DNA from: Saccostrea echinata
Taxonomy: Eukaryota
Reading direction: 5' to 3'
Assembly: GCF_033153115.1 (NCBI RefSeq)
Contig: NW_026889750.1
Span: 34,782,001 to 34,846,000, forward strand
Length of the DNA: 64,000 nt
The translations under genes and the position numbers were made by a program. Position 1 is the stretch's first letter; the number at the start of each line of letters is the position of its first letter. Positions 34,623 to 46,686 of this stretch are shown in pieces. The notes beneath the pieces are model-generated. The model was not told the origin of the DNA. It worked only from the letters and a program-made list of their open reading frames with translations, and searched no databases.

Positions 34623-37248
34623 ACTATAGTAAACTTTCGTTAACCCCTTCTCTACCGCATCGGTCAATATGACCGATAGCGCGTTAAAACAAGACTTCGC
34701 GAAGATCTCCGTATCTTTTTTATGATAGCATTAAGGTATATAATCTATATATCATCTTTTAGGAAATTTTCTCTACTTTTAAACCCTGTAAAAATTTTAC
34801 AGATTATACGTCGGTAATGAATAGATTTTACGTTTTGAAGACATTCATGACTTTGAAAATGGCGCAAATTTCCAAAGCAAAGACGATTTTCCCGACGATG
34901 GCATATTTTTCCTGATTAATTGCATAAAGAAAGTTTGTTATATTTAAAAAGCATATTTTCTCTGCTTTTAAAATATGTAAAAATTGTTGTTTTTACTTTA
35001 AAAATTTTTTTAAAAACAAGCATTTTCTTCCACATTTGTGTTTTTTCTCGTTTTATTTCATAATATTTAAACAAAGCTCACTTTTACTTGTATTTCTATA
35101 TTGAAATAGGGAAAACAAAATACAGATGGTAAAAGTGAAGAAAATTTCCATTCCAACAAGCCTTTACTGGTCTTCTAACTCTCAGTATTTTCTGAATTAC
35201 GATAGTTTGAATTTTGGACCTCCGCGTATTTTATTTTTTGTTGAAAAATCGGGGCTGATCAATATTTAACGTCAAGGTCGATTTCGTTGCGCCTCACTCG
35301 GAACAACATATTGTTTAGTACTATTTTATTATATATTTTTATTGAAATAAATGCTTTTTACAAAATAATTGGTTAAAAAAACAAATAATATCTTTAAACC
35401 TTTAGTGAAGTGTGGTATTTTTTTCACATAATGAATTTACTTATCTATTTTTAGACATAGAATAATGTTGAGAAAAAAAAAATGTACATGTATATTCCCT
35501 AAGAGTCTTTACGTCGAAAAAGTCAGAATTTATATTGCTGTATATGTCATATATTCTTTATATAAAATATAATTAGACCTATACTAACATGACATTTAGA
35601 TTTAAACCATTTTGAAACAAGCACTCGCATAAATTTTACACGACTCATCACTGTACGAGTTGATACCAATCGAGATTACCACGTGTTTCCGCAATCGTAA
35701 CTACTCGGCCATTTCCGTAACCACAAATAACCTTTTTATCGGTTACGGAAAAGGGCGAGCGTGATCCGAATGGTGTTTCCGCTGTAGGTGGCAGAGGATA
35801 GTTTCGGATTAAGTACCGGTCAAAAATTAGAAAAAATAGAGGAACCTAAGGTTTGAATGTATATTATAGGTAATTTTATTGCTAGAATATTTTATGTGTG
35901 CATTTGGAGGGAATTGGTGGCCTTGTATATTTTATTGATATATGACACTTTAGTGTCACTACTACTGTTTATGGGATATGGACTAGAAATACGAAACTAA
36001 GATCAAAAATCACTCTTCCGGTATTTCACCAGAAAAGCAGGGTGGGTTCATAGGATGAATTGAAGCTTGAAAACGAGGTGGTTGAGCCATTATCTCTTGC
36101 TGTTCAATGGTATGTACAAGTGTTGGTCTGCAATTTGTGTGGTAGCTTAGGGCATTAGCACGGGCCTGGAAGCAGTTGCGGATCTGGCGAAATAGTGAAA
36201 ATAAGCTTATTTTACATGAAATTTTGAGATTGTCCCTGTGCCATCATTAGGGCTCATTGTGCAAGTTGTACATGTTTTATTCCTAAAAGATTCAAATTCC
36301 TCAAGGGACTAGATCATATTATTATTACATGTAGAGAGAATTTAAAATTTTCCAATGCACATTTTAAAAGCAGCTCAATATTAAGGAAACCGTCAGTCAA
36401 ACGTTTTGATTGCCAAAAAAACTATTCTCTGCCACCGTAGCAGTAAACAACAACACGATAATGTGAACATCAATTTTCATGATTATTTTATGATGGATCA
36501 CATCAATTCATCAGATAAGAAGGTCATTCCTTTGGTATAAGAGGTGAATAAGTATTGGTTGAAGAGTTTAAAACTGTTTTGAAAGTGCATTTATTCACGT
36601 TCAAATGAAAACAAGTGGTACACTACAGCACTATGCACTGATACTGATTCACGTACATGCATAGGCGTTAGCCGGTATGAACTCGCATTATTAGATTGAT
36701 ACTTGTTCAGCTAATTTTGTGTTGTTTTTGAAGTGTATAAATTTTGATGACCACCCTAAGTACCATTCAAAATAAAATCAAATTTGGCATAATTCTTGAG
36801 AGTTGTCGTCTAACACAAACACATCGAATTTTTTAGCATGTTCAGGGTGCTGGTTTCGGAACGTTCAGCTGTGAAGATCCACTTGCTAATCCAACCATAC
36901 ACTGGAAAGACCATGATGTGGAGGACACAGGTGCTTATTATAACCAATGAACAGGTAAATCATTTTTTTCTATCTTTTTGTTATGAAAATTCCTGTATCT
37001 CTAAACATTAATTCTAAATAAAGTGAACTTTTAATTGTATTTATTTGATATTGCATTCACACATTGACTTACATTTTGAAAAAAATATGTGATACTCATG
37101 ATATTTATAATGCATGATTATGCATGTAAACTTGCCATTTTACCACCCATTATGCTCAATATGGAGCCAGCTTTCTTTTATAGACTGCTGTGTTATTTTC
37201 AATCTGCATGATGTATGTGAATAGAATTTCTCTTTCTCAATTTTTCAG

Positions 37249-39335
37249 TTTCTGTTGAATTATCACATATACATGGGTGGTCAAACTTCATTCAATGGAT
37301 GGCTATTCCTCAACACTCCCCTTGTTCGGAGAATTTTGCCCTGGAGAAACAGTTTTCAGTCCATTGTGTCCTTTCTCTAAAAAACCCTGACAGCCGAAAC
37401 TGAAAAAGGTATTTTTTTTTAATTTTGATAGAATTAATGGGTATGTTATTTCTTTTAGCTCAATAATTGACTGAAATGATGGTTTATTACTAGGCCGGTA
37501 ATTTTTTAGTCATAATACATTGACGTCCCCATACCATATACATGTAACTACATGTATCACATAATAAATAAACTTTATAAATAAATACTTTTAATTTGAA
37601 AATGAAAGTTATTTCAACATAATCAGTGTGTTAATTCTAGCTTTCTTACTTTTATACATGTAAATTTACATATTAAATTTTTATAATACCTATTTAATTA
37701 TAAAAACTTAATCTTTTATAGGATAGAAACTAATTGTGCGAATACAACCAGAACTGATTATGTCTTGAACAAGTCAAAGGAGTTCCTCCAGTCTTTCAGA
37801 GAGATGGCAGTTAATGAAAGAATGGTGGCCACAAAGAGAAAGTGCTCTGGTATTCAGCATTTTGTGAATGATGTCTGATTTGGAATTCAGTTAGCAATAT
37901 TTCTGGATTTGTATATTTGGGTAAAAAAAAAAATTTAACTGATTGACTAAACGTTTTGCATTAAGTATTGCGATAAATTAATTTTTTTTTTCAAGATGAC
38001 AGTTCAAGTCTTTAATGTACCCCTAAAGCACTTGGCAAAGAATTTAAAAATGAAGTCAGTTAGTTTATATTGTCTTGCTGAAATAAACATTGGGGGAAAA
38101 TTCATGATAATAAAGATGATTTTTTTTTGGTATCAAGAAATGGATTTATTTTTGTTTAACAGAAAGATTGTATAGTAGTTACTGTTATGTAATTTTTACA
38201 TCACTGTTCAGCCAAATTATATGCAAAAATAGATATTCTTACGAGAAAAAGATTAACGTAAACAAAGGAACTATTTTCGTCTTATTTTGTACTTGAGCCG
38301 CATTGTCAATTATTGCATTAAAAGACCAAGTCAAATGTTTCTCATCAAACATGGCTATTGAATATCGGTATTCTTCTCACAAATCCTTAGCTTATCTTGC
38401 TATCAGTAGTCAGGATTTTTTTTTTCTCGAGTCATGATTAAAGTTTATAGACATCATTTGACCAGGCAGCAAGTGCTAAATGACATTATCTTCATTCAGG
38501 ATATTTCTGGACACTCGATAATGAAAAACTCATGTAAACAATGATTCATAAGATGCTAGAATTCCATTCTTTAAGGACATACGCAACGTACCTTACCTAC
38601 TGATAATTTTTCAAGATATTCTTAATTTAAGATTATAGTGCCATCAGATGCTCGTCGACAAAAAATCAGCATGTATTACCAGGAGAAATCAATTGATGAA
38701 AATTCTTGTATAATTCAAAGAAAAATACACAAAAATTACTAAACACATATTTTAGATGTTTTGTTTATCCAAACTTGTTTTAGAAGAAGTGTTTTACAGC
38801 ATATATAAACATACAAATGTAGCACACAATTCCTTTAAGTATTGGAACTCTTCAACTCCAGGGGAAAAGACAATAAAGTTCAAACTACGTTGCGTATGTC
38901 CTTAAATAGCTATGGCATCATCCAACTTGAAGATGATGTGTACATCATGTAATCTGGAATCTATATAGCAGAAATAGACTTGCAAATATACTAACAAATA
39001 AACCTATCTGCTTGTTTATTATTCTTCAGATACTTCATTTTTAAAAATGCTCTTTATTTCTATCAATAATGCAAGCGGTGATTCGAGATCATGTGACCTA
39101 AACAATACTGACTTTTGGTAGCATAATAGGCCAAGGGTTTGTGAGAAGAGTAGCGGATCAGATATCCTTGGCTTCCAAAGATGAGCAAATGCATGCCACA
39201 TAAATTAGATGAATGAAAGGATTGTAATGAAAAAGCCACTTATTTGAAAAAGAGATTTAAAGTTCCATGCATTGTCCATCTTGTGAGGTTTCTTCACACT
39301 CATCAAATGACAAAAATTGTTTTAACAAGTGACAC
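37249..39335 (+). pseudogene. Intron-containing piggyBac transposase pseudogene
   Basis: YMG.VKL.SMD.Y...RN.F..I.SFL (37249-37408, AG/GT bounded); EMAVNERMVATK..SGI.. (from 37722, DE motif now NE); C..CEV......KNCF..*H terminal Cys-rich remnant (~39260-39335). Frameshifts and stops throughout. Confidence 0.7.
38575..38901. mobile_element. Kolobok-like MITE nested in the piggyBac
   Basis: Perfect 16-bp TIR GGACATACGCAACGTA / TACGTTGCGTATGTCC flanked by TTAA on both sides; GG..CC termini. Confidence 0.8.
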
Positions 39336-39859
39336 AATAAAGACACGAAATCTGTTCAAAACTAGAAAATGTAAGATAATTCTTGTAAGAAAAGAAAATT
39401 GTAAGTATTTTCTTATATTCCAATAGACAAAGAAAATAGTGGTAGTTTTTGAAAATGATGAAATAAGTACTTAACTGTATAATTTATGAAAATTTGTTGA
39501 TAACTAGTTGCATTACTTTTTTACCATATTATTTTAACAGTATGTGTCACTAAGGTTGATATAACATGTAATCACATCTTACAAATTTTATGTCAGTTCA
39601 CTTAAGTTATAGATATATTTTTTGAATGGCAACCAAGATATGCAAAGTAAAAAAAAAAAAAGAACAATTCATTCGTGTAATATCTCTGTAGATTTTGTCG
39701 TTCACAATTTTATATGTCAATTATTAGACAATATGTCCATAATAATTGCAGCATTTCAAAATGGATATTTTCTTGCAATTTAAGGCAGAATTCTGTATTG
39801 ATATGACCTTGACCCCCTAAGAAAAGAAATCTCAAGGTCAATACTTAAGAATTGAAATT

Positions 39860-40435
39860 TTTGTTGATGCTTAGCAACCACTTAGAGGTCATTGAACACA
39901 TATTTGAACATAAGTGGTATATGGATGTTGTAGTTCAGCATGATGCCTTCTAAAGAGTTTATTCAGAACTGTCTATTTCAGCATTCATTGTTGTAAAATT
40001 TTAGCTAGAATATTGAAAAGTGTTGAAAAAACTGATAAAATTCTGCACTTATTTGACTTTTGACCTCCTAAAAATAAGCCTACTGAGGTCAAACTTTAAC
40101 ACAAATATATTACTGTACATCCCTCTTAATATTATGACCCCATATCTGACTTTAAAAGGTAATGGAATGCATAAATGTAATTTGGATGAACAAAAAACAA
40201 GAAATACTGCCCGAAAAATACAAAATACCCGTTGCTTAGCAACCTCTTTAAAATCTTTATTTTGCAGAATTGAAATAAAAGTTTATGTGATTAATGTAGT
40301 TCAGTATAATGCCCTTTTATGAGTATATTCTAAATTTCCTATTTCAACATACATCATTGTAAATTTTTAGCTTAAAGATTAAAAAGTGTCCAAAAATTCA
40401 ATAAAATTCTGCACTTATTTGACCTTTGACCTCTA
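39860..40435. repeat. Degenerate ~365-bp direct repeat in the piggyBac right arm
   Basis: GCTTAGCAACC at 39869/40234; TTCTGCACTTATTTGAC at 40041/40407. Confidence 0.65.
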
Positions 40436-41522
40436 TTTCCAGTAGTAAGGTCAGTCGTGAGGTATCTGAATATCTATGGAATATCATCTCTGGAAAATTC
40501 CCTACAAAATGGTATGCATTATGCCTAGCTTTCCCTTTGGATAAAAAAGTTAAAAATTAATTTATAATGATATGTCAAAAGGTCTCCAAAGTCGCTTAAA
40601 ATGCACCGGTAGAGAAAGGGTTAAGGTATGGCTAGCCCAGGGATCATGATCCATAAAGACTAAATGGTTAGATTTCTCTCCCATATAAGAACAATACAAA
40701 TATAAAACCCCAATTGTAATTCAGCCATTTATGAATAAACTTAAGACAATTAAGAAATGAGGTACAAACTCGGGAAGCTTTCACGTAAATTTTGTCTTTC
40801 CTGAACAAATAGTCCTCGAGGGAGAAAGCCCTTTTCAGTATTTCTTTACTATTATTTTTTCCTTGTAAAATTGAGTGATCCTTCTTTTGAAGAAATCTTA
40901 ATCTACCCCACCAACGACACTTTGTGCGTTTATGTCTTGAAATTTGTCTGGTTGTACATGACAACAAGTTAGTATTGTAAAAACAAATACATATGATATA
41001 TGACAGATAAATAAACACTGAACAGTTTTAAATCTTAAAATCTCAATTTAACTTTTTTTGTTCGGGTGAGCTAATAAGGGGCAAGCGAACAAAAATCGAC
41101 AAACACACTTGACATGTAAGAAAGATCAATAAACAAATATAAATTTATTTTCCCATCTCAAAAATATGCTTAAAAAATCTAAAATAGGAAACGTAATAAC
41201 AAACTACAAAACACGTACTTATGCGAAGCAAAACTTACGAATACGGAGTTAGGAATCGTATCTGCAACAGGTCGTCTTATCTTAAACTGCCAAAAGGTAA
41301 AGCATTGATTAAACTATCATTAACAATTTTAGGCAACTGAGGATTGATATATTTAATCCGAAGAAAATAATATTAAAGGAGAACCAAACGACACATCAGG
41401 TGGTATGAACGAAGGCATGATATCCCTTAAATGTTCCGACAAATTTGGATCTGTTAAAAAATAATGTTACAAATGAATTTCAGACAGTACAGCATACATG
41501 TTTACTTTCATGGATGTTTAGG

Positions 41523-41555
<33 letters not shown>

Positions 41556-42606
41556 ATTACTTATTCAAGCTGTTATTCTTTAATTTCGGTAGCTTTGATT
41601 AATCTGATCTTAAAATATCCCCATCCCTCGTTATTTTGTAAGTGAAAAAATACTAACCTCCTGAACCAATAGTCGCACTGTACCAGTTACCTTTCCCAAA
41701 CTGACTTGACCTAGTGGTTGAGGTCTCTTTTCTTTCTCCAGATTCCTGTCCCCAGGGGGAGAAAATGCTTTTTGGACCCCAGCTTCCATAACGTACACGT
41801 ATCGTTGATCTAAATTAATTTATTTTCTTAAATGATTTAATTTGTAAACATTAGATAAACTTATCTAGTTTATTATTTTATCGTAATGCTATCACCTTTA
41901 TTTTGATTTTGATTTTGAAAAAAAGAATGATAATAGGAGCAAGATCAAAAGTGTAAAGTTTGTAGATATATGCAGTTTTATAGAAATCCTACCTATCCAA
42001 GTTACTCTGTTTAGTTAACTCCCTCCTTTGTGATCGTCGTTGACAATAAACACAAACAATAAATATTATCGCTATAGCTACCAGATGGAATGGTAAAGCA
42101 ATCCCTAATCCTAAGATTAAGCTATATATAGTTTTCTGGAATTCATAAAAAGAAACGGATTACGAATGCAACATATCTTAAAAGGTACAACTTCAGGAAT
42201 GATAATAGTATTAATTTTTGAGAACAGTAATCGAAACAAAGATACAATCAGATAATATAAAAAAAAAAATATTAAAATACACTTATCGATGTAATAATTA
42301 TCCAGAAAAAGTTTCATTAAGTAAATCTATTTTCTATTTTTTAAAAAGTCTTATAATTACGCTATTAATTCAATCATTTCTTACTATGTATATTTTGTAT
42401 GTAGATAGCAAGTAATGGAGACTTTAATAAAAAGCAACAGAGCATACCTTTTGCTTTCTTCCCTCTGAAAATAAGGGAAACATTATTATAAGTAATGGCA
42501 GATATTTTGCCTTCCTTTTTTAATTTTTTGTTGCTTTACATTTTATAAAAGTAATCAAAAGAACAGTTATTGCATTTTTATCTTTCCTTGTAATTATAAT
42601 TAAGGT

Positions 42607-43240
42607 AAACAAGAGGCCCAAGGGCCTTGAATCGCTCTTCTGATAAACGGTACATGTACAATCTATCACTTCTATACTATTTGAAACCTCTAAGTATCCT
42701 GTATATTTAGATAAAGCCTTGAAATTCCAAAGAAAGGCCATCATGACCTACATTTTAGATGAAACACTATGAGAACCAAAGATGATTCTAAGCCAATTAG
42801 TACCTGAGAGTAGATCATGGTGACCTACTTATCACTTGTCATTCTCTGAGGACCCAAGATGCATCAACTAAGTTTGATGATTTTAAACCAATTGATACCT
42901 ATATATTTTTGAAATTATAACCATAAAATTTCAAAAGTAGGTCACAATGACCTACTTTTCAGATGACATACTTTGAGGACCCAAGATGCATCAACTGACA
43001 AAGTTTGATGATTCTAAGTCAATAAGTACCTGATATATTTAAATAAAGCCATAAAATTTCAAAAATAGGTCACAGTGAATTCATTTTCAGTCGACTAACT
43101 CTGCGGACCCAAGATACATCAACTGACAAAGTTTGATGATTCTAAGCCAATTAGTACCTGAAATATTTAACTAAAGCAATTTATTTTCAAAAGTAGGTCA
43201 TGGTGACCTACTTTTCAGTCGACAATGTCCCCATTCTTCT
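42607..43240 (-). mobile_element. HINE remnant with ~127-bp tandem repeats
   Basis: AACAAGAGGCCCAAGGGCCT terminal hairpin; GGACCCAAGAT[G/A]CATCAACT recurs at ~42850, 42976, 43105. Confidence 0.7.
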
Positions 43241-44388
43241 TTGAAATGAAATATTGACTTTAATTTCTTTATGACTTGGTAACATACCCGTTTACAAAAA
43301 ATCCAGAATTCGCATTTGTTGTTTTTTCTGAAAATGATTATCTCTCAGAAATATATAAATCTTACTTTTTTAATGAGATGTTTCAACTCTTAAAAATAAG
43401 TTTTTTTTTCTCTAAAAAGCAGAGTACGGTCATGTACCTTTGAATATGTTAACGTTTGTCAATCATTTGCTTCGTAATAGTGCAGTAACATATTGATATA
43501 AACAGGTCTGAAAAATTCAATAATTCAGTATACACATATATACATAAAGTAAACATTTGTGTCTTTGTCATATCAGAGAATTATGAAATTTGTTAAGGTA
43601 AAATACTTGTATACAAATATCAATCATACAAATCTGATTTAATTTCAACACATTTTTATTATTGAATCTTTTCGGAAAAGAATGGGGACAGTAGCAAACA
43701 AATATTCTAAACATTATAGGTTTGGCATTATATATCTTTTATATCCCACCAAAGGCTTTCTCTTTCATGTTAAAATTTTATTGCCTCCTTTTCCATACTT
43801 TATGTCCCTACTGCTGTTTCCAGATGAAGGGATTTATTTTTGTTTTTGAAAATTTTAATTGCAGATAAGAGTAAACCGTCAATTAATAACACATGTATAC
43901 AACTCACATTTTCCGAGCAATGAGAATGCCGTGACAGCGTTGAAATCTTCATGTACACATAGTACAATTTACTCAAGCAATGAGTAACCTGACAAAGCAA
44001 ACTGTACATAGCACTGACACTTCACACTTAATTTAACTGTAGAATGACATGGCTGATATCGACCATCGTATGAATGGGCATAGAAATAATGGTACTATAA
44101 GTTGTGAATATATTTTTATATCGAAAGATTATTGGTAGGATGTACTAATAGATTTATCAGAAAAATGTGCATTTTCACCACTGAGAGCAACGAACCCCAA
44201 GTACAGTTTGTATTTCGTAATAAACTAAATTACATGTAAAGAGAAAATGTTAGTTAATGAAAATGGTATTGTTCAAATGCCATTAAAGCTGTTAAATTTT
44301 TTTGCACAAATCATTACATTTCAGTGGGCTTTTTTTCTTTCTTAAAAAGGTTTGTATCAAATACATAAACTAGGCCTAGGGTGCTAAA

Positions 44389-44435
<47 letters not shown>

Positions 44436-45974
44436 AAGTCTTTATCAGTAAAATGTGCATATTCGCTTCTTTTCCGTGTTGGAAATGGAATAAGAGCACC
44501 CGAAAGTATAATATCTATAACATAATATTATCTGGTTTCAAAATAAGCAACAATTAATGAAATTGCTATTTTTCAAGTTTTTTTTTTTTACAAAAGGAAG
44601 GAGGGGGCGTACATGTATATCTACTTCTACTCCGAAACTAAGTACGTGGTTTTGAACAAAGTATTTCTTCCTTCTATAAGTCTGTAATTACTTTTATATT
44701 AATGCAATAAGTATTTTGATAGCCCAGTTACCCATTAAATTGCATATTTCTTTCCATAATCCTCTCATCACTAGAACACCATATCTTATCCTCCTTCAAT
44801 GAACAAAAAGTATGTAAAACAGTTTGTCTTGTGTTGCCACCTTTGTGACGTTTAATAATTTGTTTGAAATTCTCAAAAGTATTATTAACAATGGCATATA
44901 ATTTTAGCAGACACAAAATATAAATATGAGAAATAAACCAATTTGTAAAGGGAGATAATCCAAATTTCCAGTAATTACAACTTTGACTTAACAGAAAAAT
45001 CATGAAAATGGGTCTGAAAACGCCACTGACTTTACCGCACTGGGGGAAGTTCAGACCCATGAAGAAAAATGGCAACACACATCAAACAATAAACATACCA
45101 GAAGTGAGAAAATTTACCTAATCTGCACATTGCAATATGTGAATAAACATATGTCCAATAATGCAACAAAACACCATCTGTTCATGAGACATATAGGACA
45201 AGATAATGTATCAATCTATTACAGTTCAATTATAATAAAAATTCAATTTTTCCCGTGTTCTATGAGGGCTAAACATATGCTCCATAATAACAAAGTCAGA
45301 AGATTACTGTTGTAAGTGGATGCATTTCATATGCTCAGTCTTCTGAGTATTAACAAATGACTCAGGGACTGATGTGCCTGATAAGGGATAAACATATGCC
45401 CCAATATTCACAAAGCATCACATTCCTCACTGTCTTTTACCAAGTCCACACGTGTGTAGACTTTTTATCTTTCAGCTTGAAGTATTAATAATAGACTTAA
45501 GCAAAAATGTGCCATGTGAGGGATAGACATATGCCCCCATATTAACAATACATCACACTGTAAATTTCATCGCTGTCTTTTTTCAAAGTTTATATGTGTG
45601 CAGTCTTGTCACCTACTAGCCTAAGTATTAACAATTGACTTGAGCACTATTGTTCTGGATGAGGGATAGTCGTATGCTCCCATAAGTTAATATTCATGAA
45701 AATCACTTTGAAATCAAGATCCTCAATCAGTAACAAAAGATCTGCCCCAAGGCTCCATTTCCACTCAAGCATATACCTGTATCAACATGGTGTCACATGT
45801 CTAATGCATCCGATTTCCATCTACCCAGGAATCTAATCTATCACTCATCCCCCTTGATGCACAGTAAGAGGCTATCCCAATTCGAAAGGAATGTCCTTTG
45901 AATCTATTGACATCTAAATTTCAAAACATGAGACTTTGCTTTAATACATTTGAAAATTCTTGCCTTGTGACTGC

Positions 45975-46686
45975 AAAAGGATAAATCCGGAACGCATTAA
46001 TTAAAATACATTCCTAGATAAATCAAATAAAATCGATGGAAAAATCGCCAGGGTAAAAGCTGAAACTAAAACGAAAAAACTCAAGCGGGTACAAAATGGC
46101 AGGTACAATGACTGCCTGAAACTTGTACTTAGGCCTTGCCTAGAGTACCGTAAAATTAAACAATTTTAGTAATCAACTAATACCGTAACAAACAAATTGG
46201 CAGACATTTCTCCAACGATTTTCCTTCTTAGAAAAAAGGATAAACCCGGAACGCATTAATTAAAATACATTCCTAGATAAATCAAATAAAATCGATGGAA
46301 AAATCGCAAGGGTAAAAGCTGAAACTAAAACGAAAAAACCCAAGCGCGTACAAAATGGCAAGTACAAAAGACTGCCTGAAACTTGTACTTAGGCCTTGCC
46401 TAGAGTACCGTAAAATTAAACAATTTTAGTAATCAACTAATACCGTAACAAACAAATTGGCAGACATTTCTCCAACGATTTTCCTTCTTAGAAAAAAGGA
46501 TAAACCCGGAACGCATTAATTAAAATACATTCCTAGATAAATCAAATAAAATCGATGGAAAAATCGCAAGGGTAAAAGCTGAAACTAAAACGAAAAAACC
46601 CAAGCGCGTACAAAATGGCAAGTACAAAAGACTGCCTGAAACTTGTACTTAGGCCTTGCCTAGAGTACAGTAAAATTAAACAATTT
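45975..46686. repeat. ~260-bp tandem repeat, ~2.7 near-identical copies
   Basis: GGATAAA[T/C]CCGGAACGCATTAATTAAAATAC at 45979, 46238, 46498. Confidence 0.92.

Larger units (their letters stand above)
34644..40620 (+). mobile_element. Decayed piggyBac transposon (~5.98 kb)
   Basis: TTAA TSDs at 34640-34643 and 40621-40624; TIRs CCCCTTCTCTACCG / CGGTAGAGAAAGGG (13/14 match); transposase remnants inside. Confidence 0.85.

Noticed and set aside
44728-45078. 116-aa minus-strand ORF and 40668-41018 ORF
   Set aside because: No recognisable motif or consistent splice structure.
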